Shown: positions 1 to 9,923, counted from the stretch's first letter. The stretch: 64,000 bases of DNA from an uncultured Eubacterium sp. (GCA_910584245.1 CAJTZF010000006.1:86666-150665), one strand, 5' to 3'. Notes: generated from the letters alone by a model not told the origin. Numbers and translations: made by a program.

Positions 1-40
1 TTACCATCTTAACTACCTTGACCTTATTGCCCATTTCCAT
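1..40 (-). CDS. Possible 5' end of a CDS running off the left edge (MEMGNKVKVVKMV...)
   Basis: GGGGGAG RBS-like sequence followed by ATGs at 40 and 34 on the minus strand; frame open to the edge; too short to identify. Confidence 0.4.
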   Translation of the reverse strand, partial: MEMGNKVKVVKMV

Positions 41-250
41 CTCCCCCATTATTTTACATTTATTTAATACTAATTTTATTATATGACTCTTACAATTCAT
101 TTAGTACTATGATATAATTTTCTTCAATACACTTTAGTTTAAAGATGCTATTTGTGCCGGAGCGTCACAAACAGTATAGATAAAAGAAGAGAAACCCATT
201 TCACGGATTTCTTTTCATCCTGTCACATACGCTCCAGAATGGAGATAAAT

Positions 251-1114
251 ATGAGATATATTGATTTACATGTTCATTCTAACTGTTCGGATGGAACCCT
301 CACTCCTGAGGAGCTTGTTTTAAGAGGCATCAAAAATGACCTTGTTGCCTTTGCCCTTACCGATCATGACACGGTAAATGGCGTGGCCCGTGCGGTAAAA
401 AAGGCAGCGGAGTTAGACAACCATATCCAGGTCATTCCCGGCGTTGAACTTTCATGCCAATACGACGTATCTCCCGACCGGAATGTGGAGATCCACATAT
501 TAGGCTATCAGATTGACTACACAAACGAAACCCTTCTTACTACTCTGCAAAAAGTAGCCAAAGAACGGGACAACCGCAATAAAAAAATGTGCGATAACCT
601 GCAAAAAGCAGGATATCCGATCAGTTATGAGGAACTCACAGAAAAATTCGGCAATTTAATTATTACAAGGGCACACTTTGCTAAACTTCTTCTGGAAAAC
701 GGCGGTGTTCCCTCAATGGACCACGCCTTTCATACATGCCTTGCCATTGACAGTCCGTATTTTGTAAACCGCGAATACCTCACACCCAAAAACGCTATTG
801 CTCTCATACAAAGTGCAGGCGGGATTCCAGTCCTCGCCCACCCGCTGCTTTACAAAATGTCAGTCAGCGAGATCCGGACGATGCTCGACACATTGAAATC
901 CTATGGCATCCGCGGTATTGAGGCAATATATTCGCGCAATCACGGCACCGACGAAGCATTTGTCCGAAAGCTCGCCGATGAATATGAGTTATTTATCACG
1001 GGGGGATCCGATTTCCACGGCAGCAACAAACCAGATATTGAGATGGGAACGGGAACCGGAAACCTCCGCATTCCAGTTATGTTATTAGAAAATCTCAGAA
1101 CTACTTCTGCCTGA
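251..1114 (+). CDS. PHP domain-containing phosphoesterase (TrpH/YciV-like)
   Basis: DLHVHSNCSDG, LTDHD, GVELS, AHP and GGSDFHG motifs; start moved to ATG 251 after GGAG. Confidence 0.9.
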   Translation: MRYIDLHVHSNCSDGTLTPEELVLRGIKNDLVAFALTDHDTVNGVARAVKKAAELDNHIQVIPGVELSCQYDVSPDRNVEIHILGYQIDYTNETLLTTLQKVAKERDNRNKKMCDNLQKAGYPISYEELTEKFGNLIITRAHFAKLLLENGGVPSMDHAFHTCLAIDSPYFVNREYLTPKNAIALIQSAGGIPVLAHPLLYKMSVSEIRTMLDTLKSYGIRGIEAIYSRNHGTDEAFVRKLADEYELFITGGSDFHGSNKPDIEMGTGTGNLRIPVMLLENLRTTSA

Positions 1115-1115
1115 C

Positions 1116-1191
1116 TTCAGGCACATCTAGCACAACGAGTGATTCCTCCTGTAGCCAGTGACTAATACTCGTTGCACTAAATGTTTCTGAA
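1116..1191. repeat. Imperfect inverted repeat (hairpin 1)
   Basis: TTCAG..ACAT.TAG..CAACGAGT pairs with ACTCGTTG..CTA.ATGT..CTGAA. Confidence 0.75.
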
Positions 1192-1427
1192 TATGGGACA
1201 GAAAATAAACTTACTTGTGAGCGCAAGGAATCCTGCCGCTGCCTAAATAGATAGCCTGGCGGCTGCACTGTTTGAACATGCGCGGATCTTTCACATTTTC
1301 AACATAAAACGCAAGAGAACATCCGCGCATGGAGTTTTGCAGCCGCCAGGTCTGAAATCTATTTTAGGCAACGGCGGAGATTCGTAGCGAAACAAGTACC
1401 CGTTTATTCTTCTGCCCATATTCAGAA
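1185..1427. repeat. 243-bp long imperfect palindrome (REP/MITE-like element or structured RNA)
   Basis: Perfect 13-bp ends TTCTGAATATGGG/CCCATATTCAGAA; internal helices TACTTGT/ACAAGTA, TGCCTAAA/TTTAGGCA, CCTGGCGGCTGCA/TGCAGCCGCCAGG, CATGCGCGGAT/ATCCGCGCATG. Confidence 0.9.
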
Positions 1428-2051
1428 CAGGGCAATTAACCCCCCAAGCTCTTCAGCCGCCCCTGTAATATTTTTAGCGCCTAAAACTGCGGAAATAACC
1501 GCGACACCGTCGATCCCGGTTCCCTTTAACCGGCTGATATTTTCCGCATGGATTCCACCGATCGCCACGATCGGAATTTTTATATGATTTCGAATTTTCT
1601 TCAAGGCATCTATTGACACATGATGCGTATTCGCTTTTGTTGCCGTCCCAAACACATCTCCTACACCAACATAGTCGGCGCCATCCTTTTGCGCCTGTAG
1701 GGCAAGCTCCGCATTGTAGGCGGATACCCCTATAATTTTATTGGCTCCCAAAATTTCCCTTGCCGCCGCGGCCGGAATGTCCTGCTGCCCGAGATGGACG
1801 CCGTCCGCATCCACTGCAAGAGCGATATCAATCCGGTCGTTGATAATTAACGGAACCTCATACGCATCCGTAACCTCTTTCACCTTTTGGGCAACCGTGA
1901 GAAATTCTTTCCCCTGACACTCCTTCTCCCTCAGCTGCACAATCGTGACCCCGCCCTTGATGGCAAGCTCCACCCCCTCTTCAATCGTGTCGGAAGTCAT
2001 CAATCCCCGATCTGTGCAAAGATAGAGGGAATAATCGACTCGTGGTTTCAT
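1422..2051 (-). CDS. thiE: Thiamine-phosphate synthase
   Basis: VQLREK, IINDR, DGVHLGQQD, TATK, VAIGGI motifs; AAGGAG RBS before ATG 2051. Confidence 0.95.
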   Translation of the reverse strand: MKPRVDYSLYLCTDRGLMTSDTIEEGVELAIKGGVTIVQLREKECQGKEFLTVAQKVKEVTDAYEVPLIINDRIDIALAVDADGVHLGQQDIPAAAAREILGANKIIGVSAYNAELALQAQKDGADYVGVGDVFGTATKANTHHVSIDALKKIRNHIKIPIVAIGGIHAENISRLKGTGIDGVAVISAVLGAKNITGAAEELGGLIALF

Positions 2052-2107
2052 ATACCCGTTCACTCCTTTCTTCAAAAATGCGCCCTTGTTTCATTCTATT
2101 CTACGAT

Positions 2108-3307
2108 CTATTCGTTAAATTTCAATAGCTCCTCAATTTCCTGGGCATACTCCGGGCTTTTATTCCGGATTCGCTCAAGTTCCCGCAAGAAATCTTGCAT
2201 AATACCGTTATTATAGTCAATCTGGTCCCGCAATTTCTGTCTGCGCTCATTCAGGCTGTGCCTGACCTCCACCATCTCTTTCGGCTCCACGATGGCGTTT
2301 GCCTGATGAAACCAAATATCTTTGTCCTTAACGCCGAGACCCTCCAGCTCCTGCATTAAAATCTCATTCTTTTCATTTAATAAAAACGCGTCCTCCCGTT
2401 GCCTCGCCCACTCCCTTTTCGCCTTCCGGTACTGGTCATATACAAACTCCAGCTCGGTTGCATTTCTGACCTTATATTTGCTATGCATGTAATCAATCGT
2501 TTTCGTATTATTCACATATTTAATCTTCACACGGTTTGCCAATGACACCGCGCGGTTGCATTTTCTCTCCGTAATAACCATGTCCGTGCGGTTCTTCCTC
2601 GACTCTATAATGATAATAAAACTCACTGCCAACGCAAAAAAAATCGTCGCAAGAAACGGAACCTGTATATCCACCTCAAACACAAACCAGATCGTCATCA
2701 ATAAAACGCCAAACAGCGCCAGCATAAACCCGAGTACCTTGCTGACAAGACGCAGCGTGCTCTGGCGCCGCACAATATCCCTTTTATCTGTCAAAAGAAG
2801 CCTCTTCTCACTTTCGAGATGCCTCATATCGTGCTGGATTTTCATCTGGTAATCCTCATATTCTTTTAAATTGCCAAGGTCCTTCTCCACCTTTGGTTCA
2901 AAATTCTCCATTGCCTGCTTTTGCGCATCGGTAAACTTATATTTACGCCTTTTCAGGCTCTCCCGCTCTTTCGTCAGCTCCACAATGGCCTTGGCAGTCT
3001 CATAAAGAGCAGCCTTGTCCTCCTCCGGCGCCTGGTCCATCAGCTGTATATCTTTCAAATATGAGGTAACCTGGCCGTATTCCACTTTTATGTCCTGGCA
3101 TTGCCGTTTCGCCTCCTTGATCCCCTCGTAAAGTCTCTGAATATAATCGAGGCGAAGCATCTTATTTTTCAAGTCCACATGTTCTTTTTCCAGATTTACT
3201 TTTTCCTCCGGCTCATCAGACGGTCCGTCCAGACGGTCCTGCTCCTGTGTATCAAGTATAATCTCTTTTTTATGTTTTCTTCTGCCAAACCATTTTTTAA
3301 ATGCCAT
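2108..3307 (-). CDS. Hypothetical coiled-coil protein with two central transmembrane helices
   Basis: 399 aa, E/K/R-rich helical segments flanking two hydrophobic stretches; GGAGG RBS; overlaps upstream gene. Confidence 0.85.
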   Translation of the reverse strand: MAFKKWFGRRKHKKEIILDTQEQDRLDGPSDEPEEKVNLEKEHVDLKNKMLRLDYIQRLYEGIKEAKRQCQDIKVEYGQVTSYLKDIQLMDQAPEEDKAALYETAKAIVELTKERESLKRRKYKFTDAQKQAMENFEPKVEKDLGNLKEYEDYQMKIQHDMRHLESEKRLLLTDKRDIVRRQSTLRLVSKVLGFMLALFGVLLMTIWFVFEVDIQVPFLATIFFALAVSFIIIIESRKNRTDMVITERKCNRAVSLANRVKIKYVNNTKTIDYMHSKYKVRNATELEFVYDQYRKAKREWARQREDAFLLNEKNEILMQELEGLGVKDKDIWFHQANAIVEPKEMVEVRHSLNERRQKLRDQIDYNNGIMQDFLRELERIRNKSPEYAQEIEELLKFNE

Positions 3308-4088
3308 TTTGTCCTCCTTCTAACTCGCTGTACGACGCCCGGAGTTCCTTTTTACAAGTATCAATAAACGCAAAGTCTTCCTCGCCGCCCTGCCCCTTCT
3401 CTTTTGCAGCCATATAATTTCTTTTCAACGCCGCGGTCTCCTCCGGCTTCATTCCCAATGCTCCGCTCTCTTCTTCAAATTTCTGTTGCTCGCCGCCAAG
3501 CAAAAGTGTGTACAAATACTGGTCTCTGGATTCCTCCCGGTGATTTCTGGCATACGCCTCCTTAAATCCCCTGGCCGCTTCATAATAAGAAGAGACATAG
3601 TAAAGGGCAATCGCCTGGTTATGGAGCACATTGCCATACTCTTCTGTCGTAAACTGGCCCGCCAGCTCACCATAGAGAAGCTCCTTATATTCCTGCAGGC
3701 TCTTTCCGTATTTGCCCGCGCTTAAATATGCGTCCGCCTTAATCTTATTTTTTTTATGCGGCGGAAGATGGGAAATCTGGTTCAAAACCTCAACAAGATT
3801 CCTCACCTCTTCTTCTTTATAGTAATCGCACGAACAGAGCAGTGTTACGACAAGATCCTTCACATCATGGCGCTGTTGGATAAGAACTTCCATTTTTTTC
3901 GAAAGCGAATCGCAATTTACCTCTTCCCTCAGCCATGTAACAAGCCGTTCGTCAAAAAATTCCTCTGTGATGCTGTATATGTTATTATACATATAATAAC
4001 AAAGCTCCTCGAGAGAATATACCGGCACTTCCGATACGGGAACGATATACGGCTCCTTTGCAAGAGCACCCTTGCACAAAATAAACAT
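3297..4088 (-). CDS. Hypothetical protein with TPR-like helices
   Basis: 263 aa; KADAYLSAGKYGKSLQEY and VLHNQAIALYYVSSYYEAARGFKEAY resemble TPR helices. Confidence 0.8.
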   Translation of the reverse strand: MFILCKGALAKEPYIVPVSEVPVYSLEELCYYMYNNIYSITEEFFDERLVTWLREEVNCDSLSKKMEVLIQQRHDVKDLVVTLLCSCDYYKEEEVRNLVEVLNQISHLPPHKKNKIKADAYLSAGKYGKSLQEYKELLYGELAGQFTTEEYGNVLHNQAIALYYVSSYYEAARGFKEAYARNHREESRDQYLYTLLLGGEQQKFEEESGALGMKPEETAALKRNYMAAKEKGQGGEEDFAFIDTCKKELRASYSELEGGQNGI

Positions 4089-4103
4089 AACATCCCTTTC
4101 TTT

Positions 4104-5321
4104 CTATAGCGTAATGGTTTCTTCCCAAATTCGATAGGAGGATGGGAAAAACTCCCCAAACCCTTTATCCCGGAGCGTCATGATACATCGGTCAGGGCCG
4201 GAAAAACGTATTTGTATGCCAACTCTCGCCCTCCGGTCCGTCCGCCCCAAAATACCGTCCATCGGAATCAGACGGACAGACTGTTTTTTCGTGACAACAT
4301 TTTTAATGCATACGGCCAGTTCCTGGTCGCCGTCCGGTATCAAATCCATCTCTTTTTCTATGTGGTACCAGGCGGTTCCCGCACGCACGAGCGGCAGCTC
4401 TCTTTCCTGTGCATCTGCATACACCTGTATCGTCAGGTCGGATGTGACGATATCCTCACCCAGATACACCACATCATCAAGCCGCCGCTCCCCTCCAAGT
4501 TCCCTCGCCATATAGCATGCCCCACACACATAAAGGTTATCTCCCTTGAAAAGATGGCGTCCGACACAAAGCTTTTTCATAACATCGGCGGCAAAATCAT
4601 TCTCAAATCCGGCCCCCGTCATATAGAGGCTCGTTATAATCTGTCCGTGAATCGCCCCGTGAACCATCCCTTCAAAAATGGATGACTTTTCCTCGTCCGT
4701 TTGCTCCCCGCTTATAAATAATTGTGCGTAGTCACTGTAATCCTTCTCCGCCACCTTTACAATCGCCGGCCGCTTTAACCGGTCTGCCTGCATTTGATAA
4801 TACGTGATCCGGCTGTCCCGAAAATCAAACATACCGACCTGGTTGACCCACAGTTCTTTCTTCTGGCTCATCACATAGTACACATAGCTCTGCCCCCGGT
4901 CGGCCACAAGCGCCCGGTCTTTCCCGATTCCAAGCTTTTCAAGCGCCTTGTAAACTGTAGTTATAAAACTAAGCTCCCGGTATTCCGTCGTGACCACAAG
5001 CATGCGGATTGATTCGCTCGGATACTTTTTCTTAGTAAGGGACAGCGTCCTTCGCAGAAAGGCGGCGAGAATATTTACCGGATTTGACTTCCTTCCGTCC
5101 GCATATATGGTTTCCTGCCGGTATATTTTTTCAAGGAATCCCTGCACCCGCAGCCCGGATCCGGGAATCTCCACTTCTGTTTTTATATTCATTGTCTGTC
5201 CGCCGCCCTCACCACCGGCCATTAATATATCCGGCCCTTCTTTCGATGGTTCCAAAACTGCGATCTGCGTAATGTCATCTCGTATGTCCAAACCTACATA
5301 AAGCGTCCGCTGACTCATCAT
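4104..5321 (-). CDS. DUF5716-like protein (Hsp70/actin-like fold predicted)
   Basis: N-terminal YVGLDIRDDITQIA resembles the Hsp70 phosphate-1 strand; VGMFDF and LYMTGAGF resemble later NBD motifs; beta-rich C-terminus; GAGGTG RBS. Confidence 0.7.
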   Translation of the reverse strand: MMSQRTLYVGLDIRDDITQIAVLEPSKEGPDILMAGGEGGGQTMNIKTEVEIPGSGLRVQGFLEKIYRQETIYADGRKSNPVNILAAFLRRTLSLTKKKYPSESIRMLVVTTEYRELSFITTVYKALEKLGIGKDRALVADRGQSYVYYVMSQKKELWVNQVGMFDFRDSRITYYQMQADRLKRPAIVKVAEKDYSDYAQLFISGEQTDEEKSSIFEGMVHGAIHGQIITSLYMTGAGFENDFAADVMKKLCVGRHLFKGDNLYVCGACYMARELGGERRLDDVVYLGEDIVTSDLTIQVYADAQERELPLVRAGTAWYHIEKEMDLIPDGDQELAVCIKNVVTKKQSVRLIPMDGILGRTDRRARVGIQIRFSGPDRCIMTLRDKGFGEFFPSSYRIWEETITL

Positions 5322-5342
5322 TTGCCACCTCACTTCCGGCTT

Positions 5343-8300
5343 TTATCCTATCGGCTTCAGTAATTCCCCTGCCGTCTGGCGTCTGCCCTTATACTGTTCC
5401 ACAAGTCCATCATACGCATTCTTATTGCCGCCCTCCCTGGCCCGGATCATCTCATTAATAAGCCGGTAAAAGGAGGATATTTCCCACGGCTCCGATCCCT
5501 TCTTCCTCTCCACCACCCCCTGCTTTAATTCTCCCCTGTCTTCCGCATAAATACGGTATGTGAGACGTTCATCCCAAAATAGAAGCATCTCATATACATA
5601 TATATCCTCAAACACCTGCCTCATCGGCTGGACTGCTTTTTCGCAACCATCCACCTGAAACTCAATATAAACATTGCCCCGGGACGAACAGCAAACCTGG
5701 AAGATCTCCATATTCGCTATCTCAAACGGCACCTCCACCTTTCCTGTAAACGCTTTCATAAAACTAAGCGGCTGTCCCACTGCCGCAAACTGCGATAAAT
5801 GGTAGGCGATATACTCCTGCTCCGCATCGGTATACGTATCCTTTGTGGAATAATATTTCAGCATAGCGAGAATGATAACCGGATTTTTCTCGGAAAACCC
5901 TTCCTTTCGGAGCTTGGACAAAATTCCGCCGGCAAGCCCGCATTTTCCCACAACATATTCATAAGCCGTATACGACAAAAATGCCTTTACAAGAATGCGG
6001 TTTGCCCCGTAATTAAAATAATCCAAAAATATATCCGCATACTTTTCCGGATCGTCCGAAATGAACAGCGCCTGACCGAGCAGACGCTCCGTTCCTCCGT
6101 CGCAAATAACCGCCTCACACCGTTTTGCATCCACATAAATGTCATGCAGGTGCTCCGTGCTTCCCATATAAAAATTCGTCAGGTAGGACAGCGTGACCGC
6201 ATTGCTGACGCCATTCTGGTAAAGGAAATCACAAAGTTTCATAAAATAAGGATCAAAATGTCTGTTATTTTCCTCCAGCTTCCATGTGGCCAGAAGCAGA
6301 ATCAGCTTCCTGCTGCAATTTGTAATCCGGTACTTCCGCAGCGCCCTCAACGCCTCATCCTTCATTTTGTGCTGGATCATTGTCTGCAAAATACCTGCGC
6401 GTTTTTCCTCTCCCACATGCTCAAAATCAATCTGTTTTATTATTTCTTCTAACAACGGCTCCTCGCCAATGGAACGGTAATAATCATACAGCGCCAGCAG
6501 CGCCTTATTGCGGTACTCCATACCGGGCACACCGCTCCGTATCATCGTGTGGAGAACAATGGCATCCCGGGAGCCCGCCGCCCCCCTCTCTAAAATCTGC
6601 GAAAACAGATGGAGAAGAAGCAGGGGATGTTCCGACCCATTTTCATAACAGCTCCAAGCCAGCACATCCAGATGCAAAAGCTTTTCCAGGTGGCACGAAA
6701 CCTCCTGTGTGTGGTAAAACCCGTCCTTGTCCTCAAAATATAATTTAAAATGCGGGGTTCCGATATGGATCATAGCTTCTCCGTTCACGAGATTGTACTT
6801 TGTCTCTCCCCCCCCCTCATCGTGTACGACGACAACCCTCTCCATATTTTTATTTACCCCTCTCACATGATAGGCAAATAAAATATAGGGGAGTTCCTTC
6901 GCCACGTGTCCCTGTATGCTTTCCTCCAGAAAAAACGCGTCATAAACGCCGGCAAGCTCCTTGCCGATCCGGCGGCTGCGCAGCTGTTCCAATGCAAACC
7001 TCCGTATAACATCGCGGTATGCCTCAAAATATTCCGGGTGCTCCTCCCGGTTCCTCACAATGCTTGCATAAAAACTTGTTTTCACAGACTCCCGCAGGTG
7101 GTTTTCATACTTAAAATATGTGATTACGGTAGCGAGCGCGTCATCAAACTGCTCTGGCTCCATCGTGTACATATAGTACTCAAACAGCTCCGTAATGCGC
7201 AGCGAATGTTCTACGCCAAGCTGAAACCACTTAAAATATTTGCTCTCCTGCTTCTCCATACGAATGAGCAGAGTACAAATGCTGCGAAGCGTATCTTTAT
7301 TGCCGTACAGCTCATACCCCTTCTCAAGCAATTTTAAGAGAGCAGGCGTACCTTTCTTTTTCCGTACGGCCAAAAGGGAAACCGCAATCACAAGATCCTC
7401 CGTTAATAAGTCGTGTTTGGACGCAAACCGAAGCGCCCCCGTCGTCCTCGCATCCAAACTCTTCAAGTGGTCCATATCCTGCAATATAATAAGGATGCGG
7501 TACAGATGCATGTACGGACTTGAGTACCCTTCATCCCATAGCAGGTCCAGCTCCTCCAAAAAATCGACCTGCCTTTGCCGGTAGTACCCCAGCCGCTCCA
7601 GCAATACAAGAGGCAGCCAGTGGCGGTACCCGTTTACATAGTAATTTCGGATCTGAGAAATAAGCTCGTCCCGTTCTTCCTGCGATCCGCCATTTTTTAC
7701 TTTTAAATAAAGCGCAAACAAATACCGGTAAACGTCCTCCCTTTTGTCTCCCAGAGCTGGCGCCGCCATGCGTTCCACGGCTTCCTGGAACACGCGCTGT
7801 CCCGCCGCATTTCCGGCAATATGGCTTATATATCCATCCAGCTGGAGCTCAATGCCCCGGAACATGGCAAAAAGCTTGTCCCGGTTTGTTTCCAGCAGCT
7901 GAAGCCAGGACTCCCGCAGGCTGCTGTTCATCATTTGCTGGATATGGCTGCGGACGAGCCTGGCCGTCAATTTCTTTTGCGCCAGCCTCTTTCTCCTCAA
8001 ATCAGCCCCTTTTATACCGTGAACCCGAATTCCGACCTCCAGCGTCTGAAACACCGTCTCGACCATTACCCGGCATCTGTGAACGCCGGGCGGCACCTGC
8101 GCAGGACAGATACGAAAGGAAACCACGGCCTGATTTCCCACAAAATCCCCCGCACGCAAATGCTCCCTGTTTAGCGTAAGAAATGAATGGTCCGATGCCA
8201 GCCGGACCCCTGCCATCCCCCAGCTGTCCTTTACCACCATAAATTCGCCGGCAATGTCTTCATCCTCCACATCAAACGCAAGCTGCTTCTTATTTACCAT

Positions 8301-8873
8301 ATACTGCACTGGTTTTTTATCCCCATGCGCCACTAAAAACTCCTCAAGCGCTTGCTGCTTGGGATTTCTCAAAGTCAAATACTGGTATAAACGTCTCTCC
8401 CCCATCTCCCGCAAATAAAGCCATTTGAATTTATCCTCATAAAAGACCGGCACCGCCTGGTCAAAATGCTCCTTTGCATACTGCACAAATTCCTCATAGG
8501 ACGTAATCTCTCCGCATATCCCCTCCAAATATGTACCAGTCACCGTAATACGGTAAGGCAGCGTTTTCTCCCCGCAGTCGGTAATAATATGGATATCACC
8601 GGTGAGTACCTCTCCTGCCTTCCTCGTCCCGGCATGTACTTTTACCGTAAGCACATTCTCCTTTCCATCAAAAACCGGAAGAAAATCAATATCAAACTCC
8701 TCTACTGAACAAAAGCCCTTAATTTTCGTCCCCAACGCATTTTTGACATGAAAAATGGCCTCAGCCTCTCCCCCTTCTCTCACATCCAGTTCCAGCTGAT
8801 CCGTTGACAAAACAATATCCGGCTGTTCATATGTAAACTGGCCCTGGGCCAGCGACATGACTTTTTCTTTCAT
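5343..8873 (-). CDS. DUF5717-like large protein (N-terminal Ig-like repeats plus helical solenoid)
   Basis: About 1176 aa; two beta-rich N-terminal segments; WFQLGVEHSLRITELFEYYMYT motif recalled from this family; alternative start 8885. Confidence 0.7.
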   Translation of the reverse strand: MKEKVMSLAQGQFTYEQPDIVLSTDQLELDVREGGEAEAIFHVKNALGTKIKGFCSVEEFDIDFLPVFDGKENVLTVKVHAGTRKAGEVLTGDIHIITDCGEKTLPYRITVTGTYLEGICGEITSYEEFVQYAKEHFDQAVPVFYEDKFKWLYLREMGERRLYQYLTLRNPKQQALEEFLVAHGDKKPVQYMVNKKQLAFDVEDEDIAGEFMVVKDSWGMAGVRLASDHSFLTLNREHLRAGDFVGNQAVVSFRICPAQVPPGVHRCRVMVETVFQTLEVGIRVHGIKGADLRRKRLAQKKLTARLVRSHIQQMMNSSLRESWLQLLETNRDKLFAMFRGIELQLDGYISHIAGNAAGQRVFQEAVERMAAPALGDKREDVYRYLFALYLKVKNGGSQEERDELISQIRNYYVNGYRHWLPLVLLERLGYYRQRQVDFLEELDLLWDEGYSSPYMHLYRILIILQDMDHLKSLDARTTGALRFASKHDLLTEDLVIAVSLLAVRKKKGTPALLKLLEKGYELYGNKDTLRSICTLLIRMEKQESKYFKWFQLGVEHSLRITELFEYYMYTMEPEQFDDALATVITYFKYENHLRESVKTSFYASIVRNREEHPEYFEAYRDVIRRFALEQLRSRRIGKELAGVYDAFFLEESIQGHVAKELPYILFAYHVRGVNKNMERVVVVHDEGGGETKYNLVNGEAMIHIGTPHFKLYFEDKDGFYHTQEVSCHLEKLLHLDVLAWSCYENGSEHPLLLLHLFSQILERGAAGSRDAIVLHTMIRSGVPGMEYRNKALLALYDYYRSIGEEPLLEEIIKQIDFEHVGEEKRAGILQTMIQHKMKDEALRALRKYRITNCSRKLILLLATWKLEENNRHFDPYFMKLCDFLYQNGVSNAVTLSYLTNFYMGSTEHLHDIYVDAKRCEAVICDGGTERLLGQALFISDDPEKYADIFLDYFNYGANRILVKAFLSYTAYEYVVGKCGLAGGILSKLRKEGFSEKNPVIILAMLKYYSTKDTYTDAEQEYIAYHLSQFAAVGQPLSFMKAFTGKVEVPFEIANMEIFQVCCSSRGNVYIEFQVDGCEKAVQPMRQVFEDIYVYEMLLFWDERLTYRIYAEDRGELKQGVVERKKGSEPWEISSFYRLINEMIRAREGGNKNAYDGLVEQYKGRRQTAGELLKPIG

Positions 8874-8907
8874 TCCGTCCCTCATTCCTTAACCTTCGTT
8901 CTCAATC

Positions 8908-9870
8908 TTACGGTGTCGTCTCAATTTTCTTTATCAATGCTTCGAGCAGACGCCGCTCCATCCTCTGGCAGCCGGCAAGACGGTACGATTTCACTTCTTT
9001 GAGCGCCTCCATCGCAATCTGAAGGGCCGCACCCTTGTCACCCTCAATGAAGAAAAGCCAGTAAGCAAATGTTCTTTTCACATTTACCTCCTCACTGTCA
9101 TTCATCTTTTCTAAAAAAGGTTTGCCATAATATTTTGCCATCGCCTCATCCGGCGCAATAATAACATAATAAAACACAAACTCACCCAGCATGGCGAGCT
9201 CCGAATGCAGCCATTTCTCCGGCACGTAATTCTCAAGCTCATTCATAACGGTCTTCACATGGTCGTAATCCCCGGAATCCAGACAACGGTAATAGCACAG
9301 GAGCAAATATTTTTTATAGCTGGCGCGGTCCGTAAGCTTTCCCGTGCCGGGCACCTCCTGAATCGTCAGTTCCCCCGGCGCCTCTCCCGATAAAACTGCA
9401 TGATAGCATCTCTCATATTCCCGCCGCATCATGCCTGACGCGTTATCCCCATTTTTTCTTTTCTGCGTCACACCAAGCCTCACGCCCAAAACCAATGTAT
9501 AGGCTGCCATAACAACGGACATCGCAACCGTCAGCGGGGTGTGCGGCAAACGTTTTGTCCCGTACAGCTGAATGCACACATTCTCTGTAAAAAATAGCGC
9601 CGTTGCCATCGAGAACGCCTCATAGATCAGATTGCGCAAGTTCGTATCCTTTGGATCAAGCATACGGCAGCTTATGTATGGCTGCGGGTTACATAACCCC
9701 ACAGAAAGCCCTTTTTTCTTCTTACGGACGCAAATCATAAAAAAGATAAATTCGTCAAACCGGAACCGAAGAACTGCTCCCACAACCAGCTTTCCAAGCG
9801 CAGCTGCCAGGCCAACGGCCACATATCCGGCAACCACGCCTCCCGCCGCCATAAAAAACTGTGTTATCAT
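8908..9870 (-). CDS. Membrane protein resembling M50 peptidase-like proteins, lacking HExxH, with helical C-terminus
   Basis: N-terminal TM segments; AAALGKLVVGAVLRFRF sits where HExGH-x-G-x-GYRF is expected; AAAGGTGG RBS before ATG 9870. Confidence 0.6.
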   Translation of the reverse strand: MITQFFMAAGGVVAGYVAVGLAAALGKLVVGAVLRFRFDEFIFFMICVRKKKKGLSVGLCNPQPYISCRMLDPKDTNLRNLIYEAFSMATALFFTENVCIQLYGTKRLPHTPLTVAMSVVMAAYTLVLGVRLGVTQKRKNGDNASGMMRREYERCYHAVLSGEAPGELTIQEVPGTGKLTDRASYKKYLLLCYYRCLDSGDYDHVKTVMNELENYVPEKWLHSELAMLGEFVFYYVIIAPDEAMAKYYGKPFLEKMNDSEEVNVKRTFAYWLFFIEGDKGAALQIAMEALKEVKSYRLAGCQRMERRLLEALIKKIETTP

Positions 9871-9923
9871 AACGAAACTGTTCCACCTTTCTTCTTCCTT
9901 GTAGCTCTCCCATCTCTTCCTTA

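Noticed and set aside
1116..1427. Possible CRISPR array, TPP riboswitch or 6S RNA
   Set aside because: No repeat-spacer periodicity; lies 3' of thiE and lacks the TPP core; no 6S-like central bubble or promoter that I could identify (Rfam scan still advised)
5799..8708. Plus-strand ORFs up to 217 aa opposite the DUF5717-like gene
   Set aside because: Antisense shadows with no RBS or recognisable motifs
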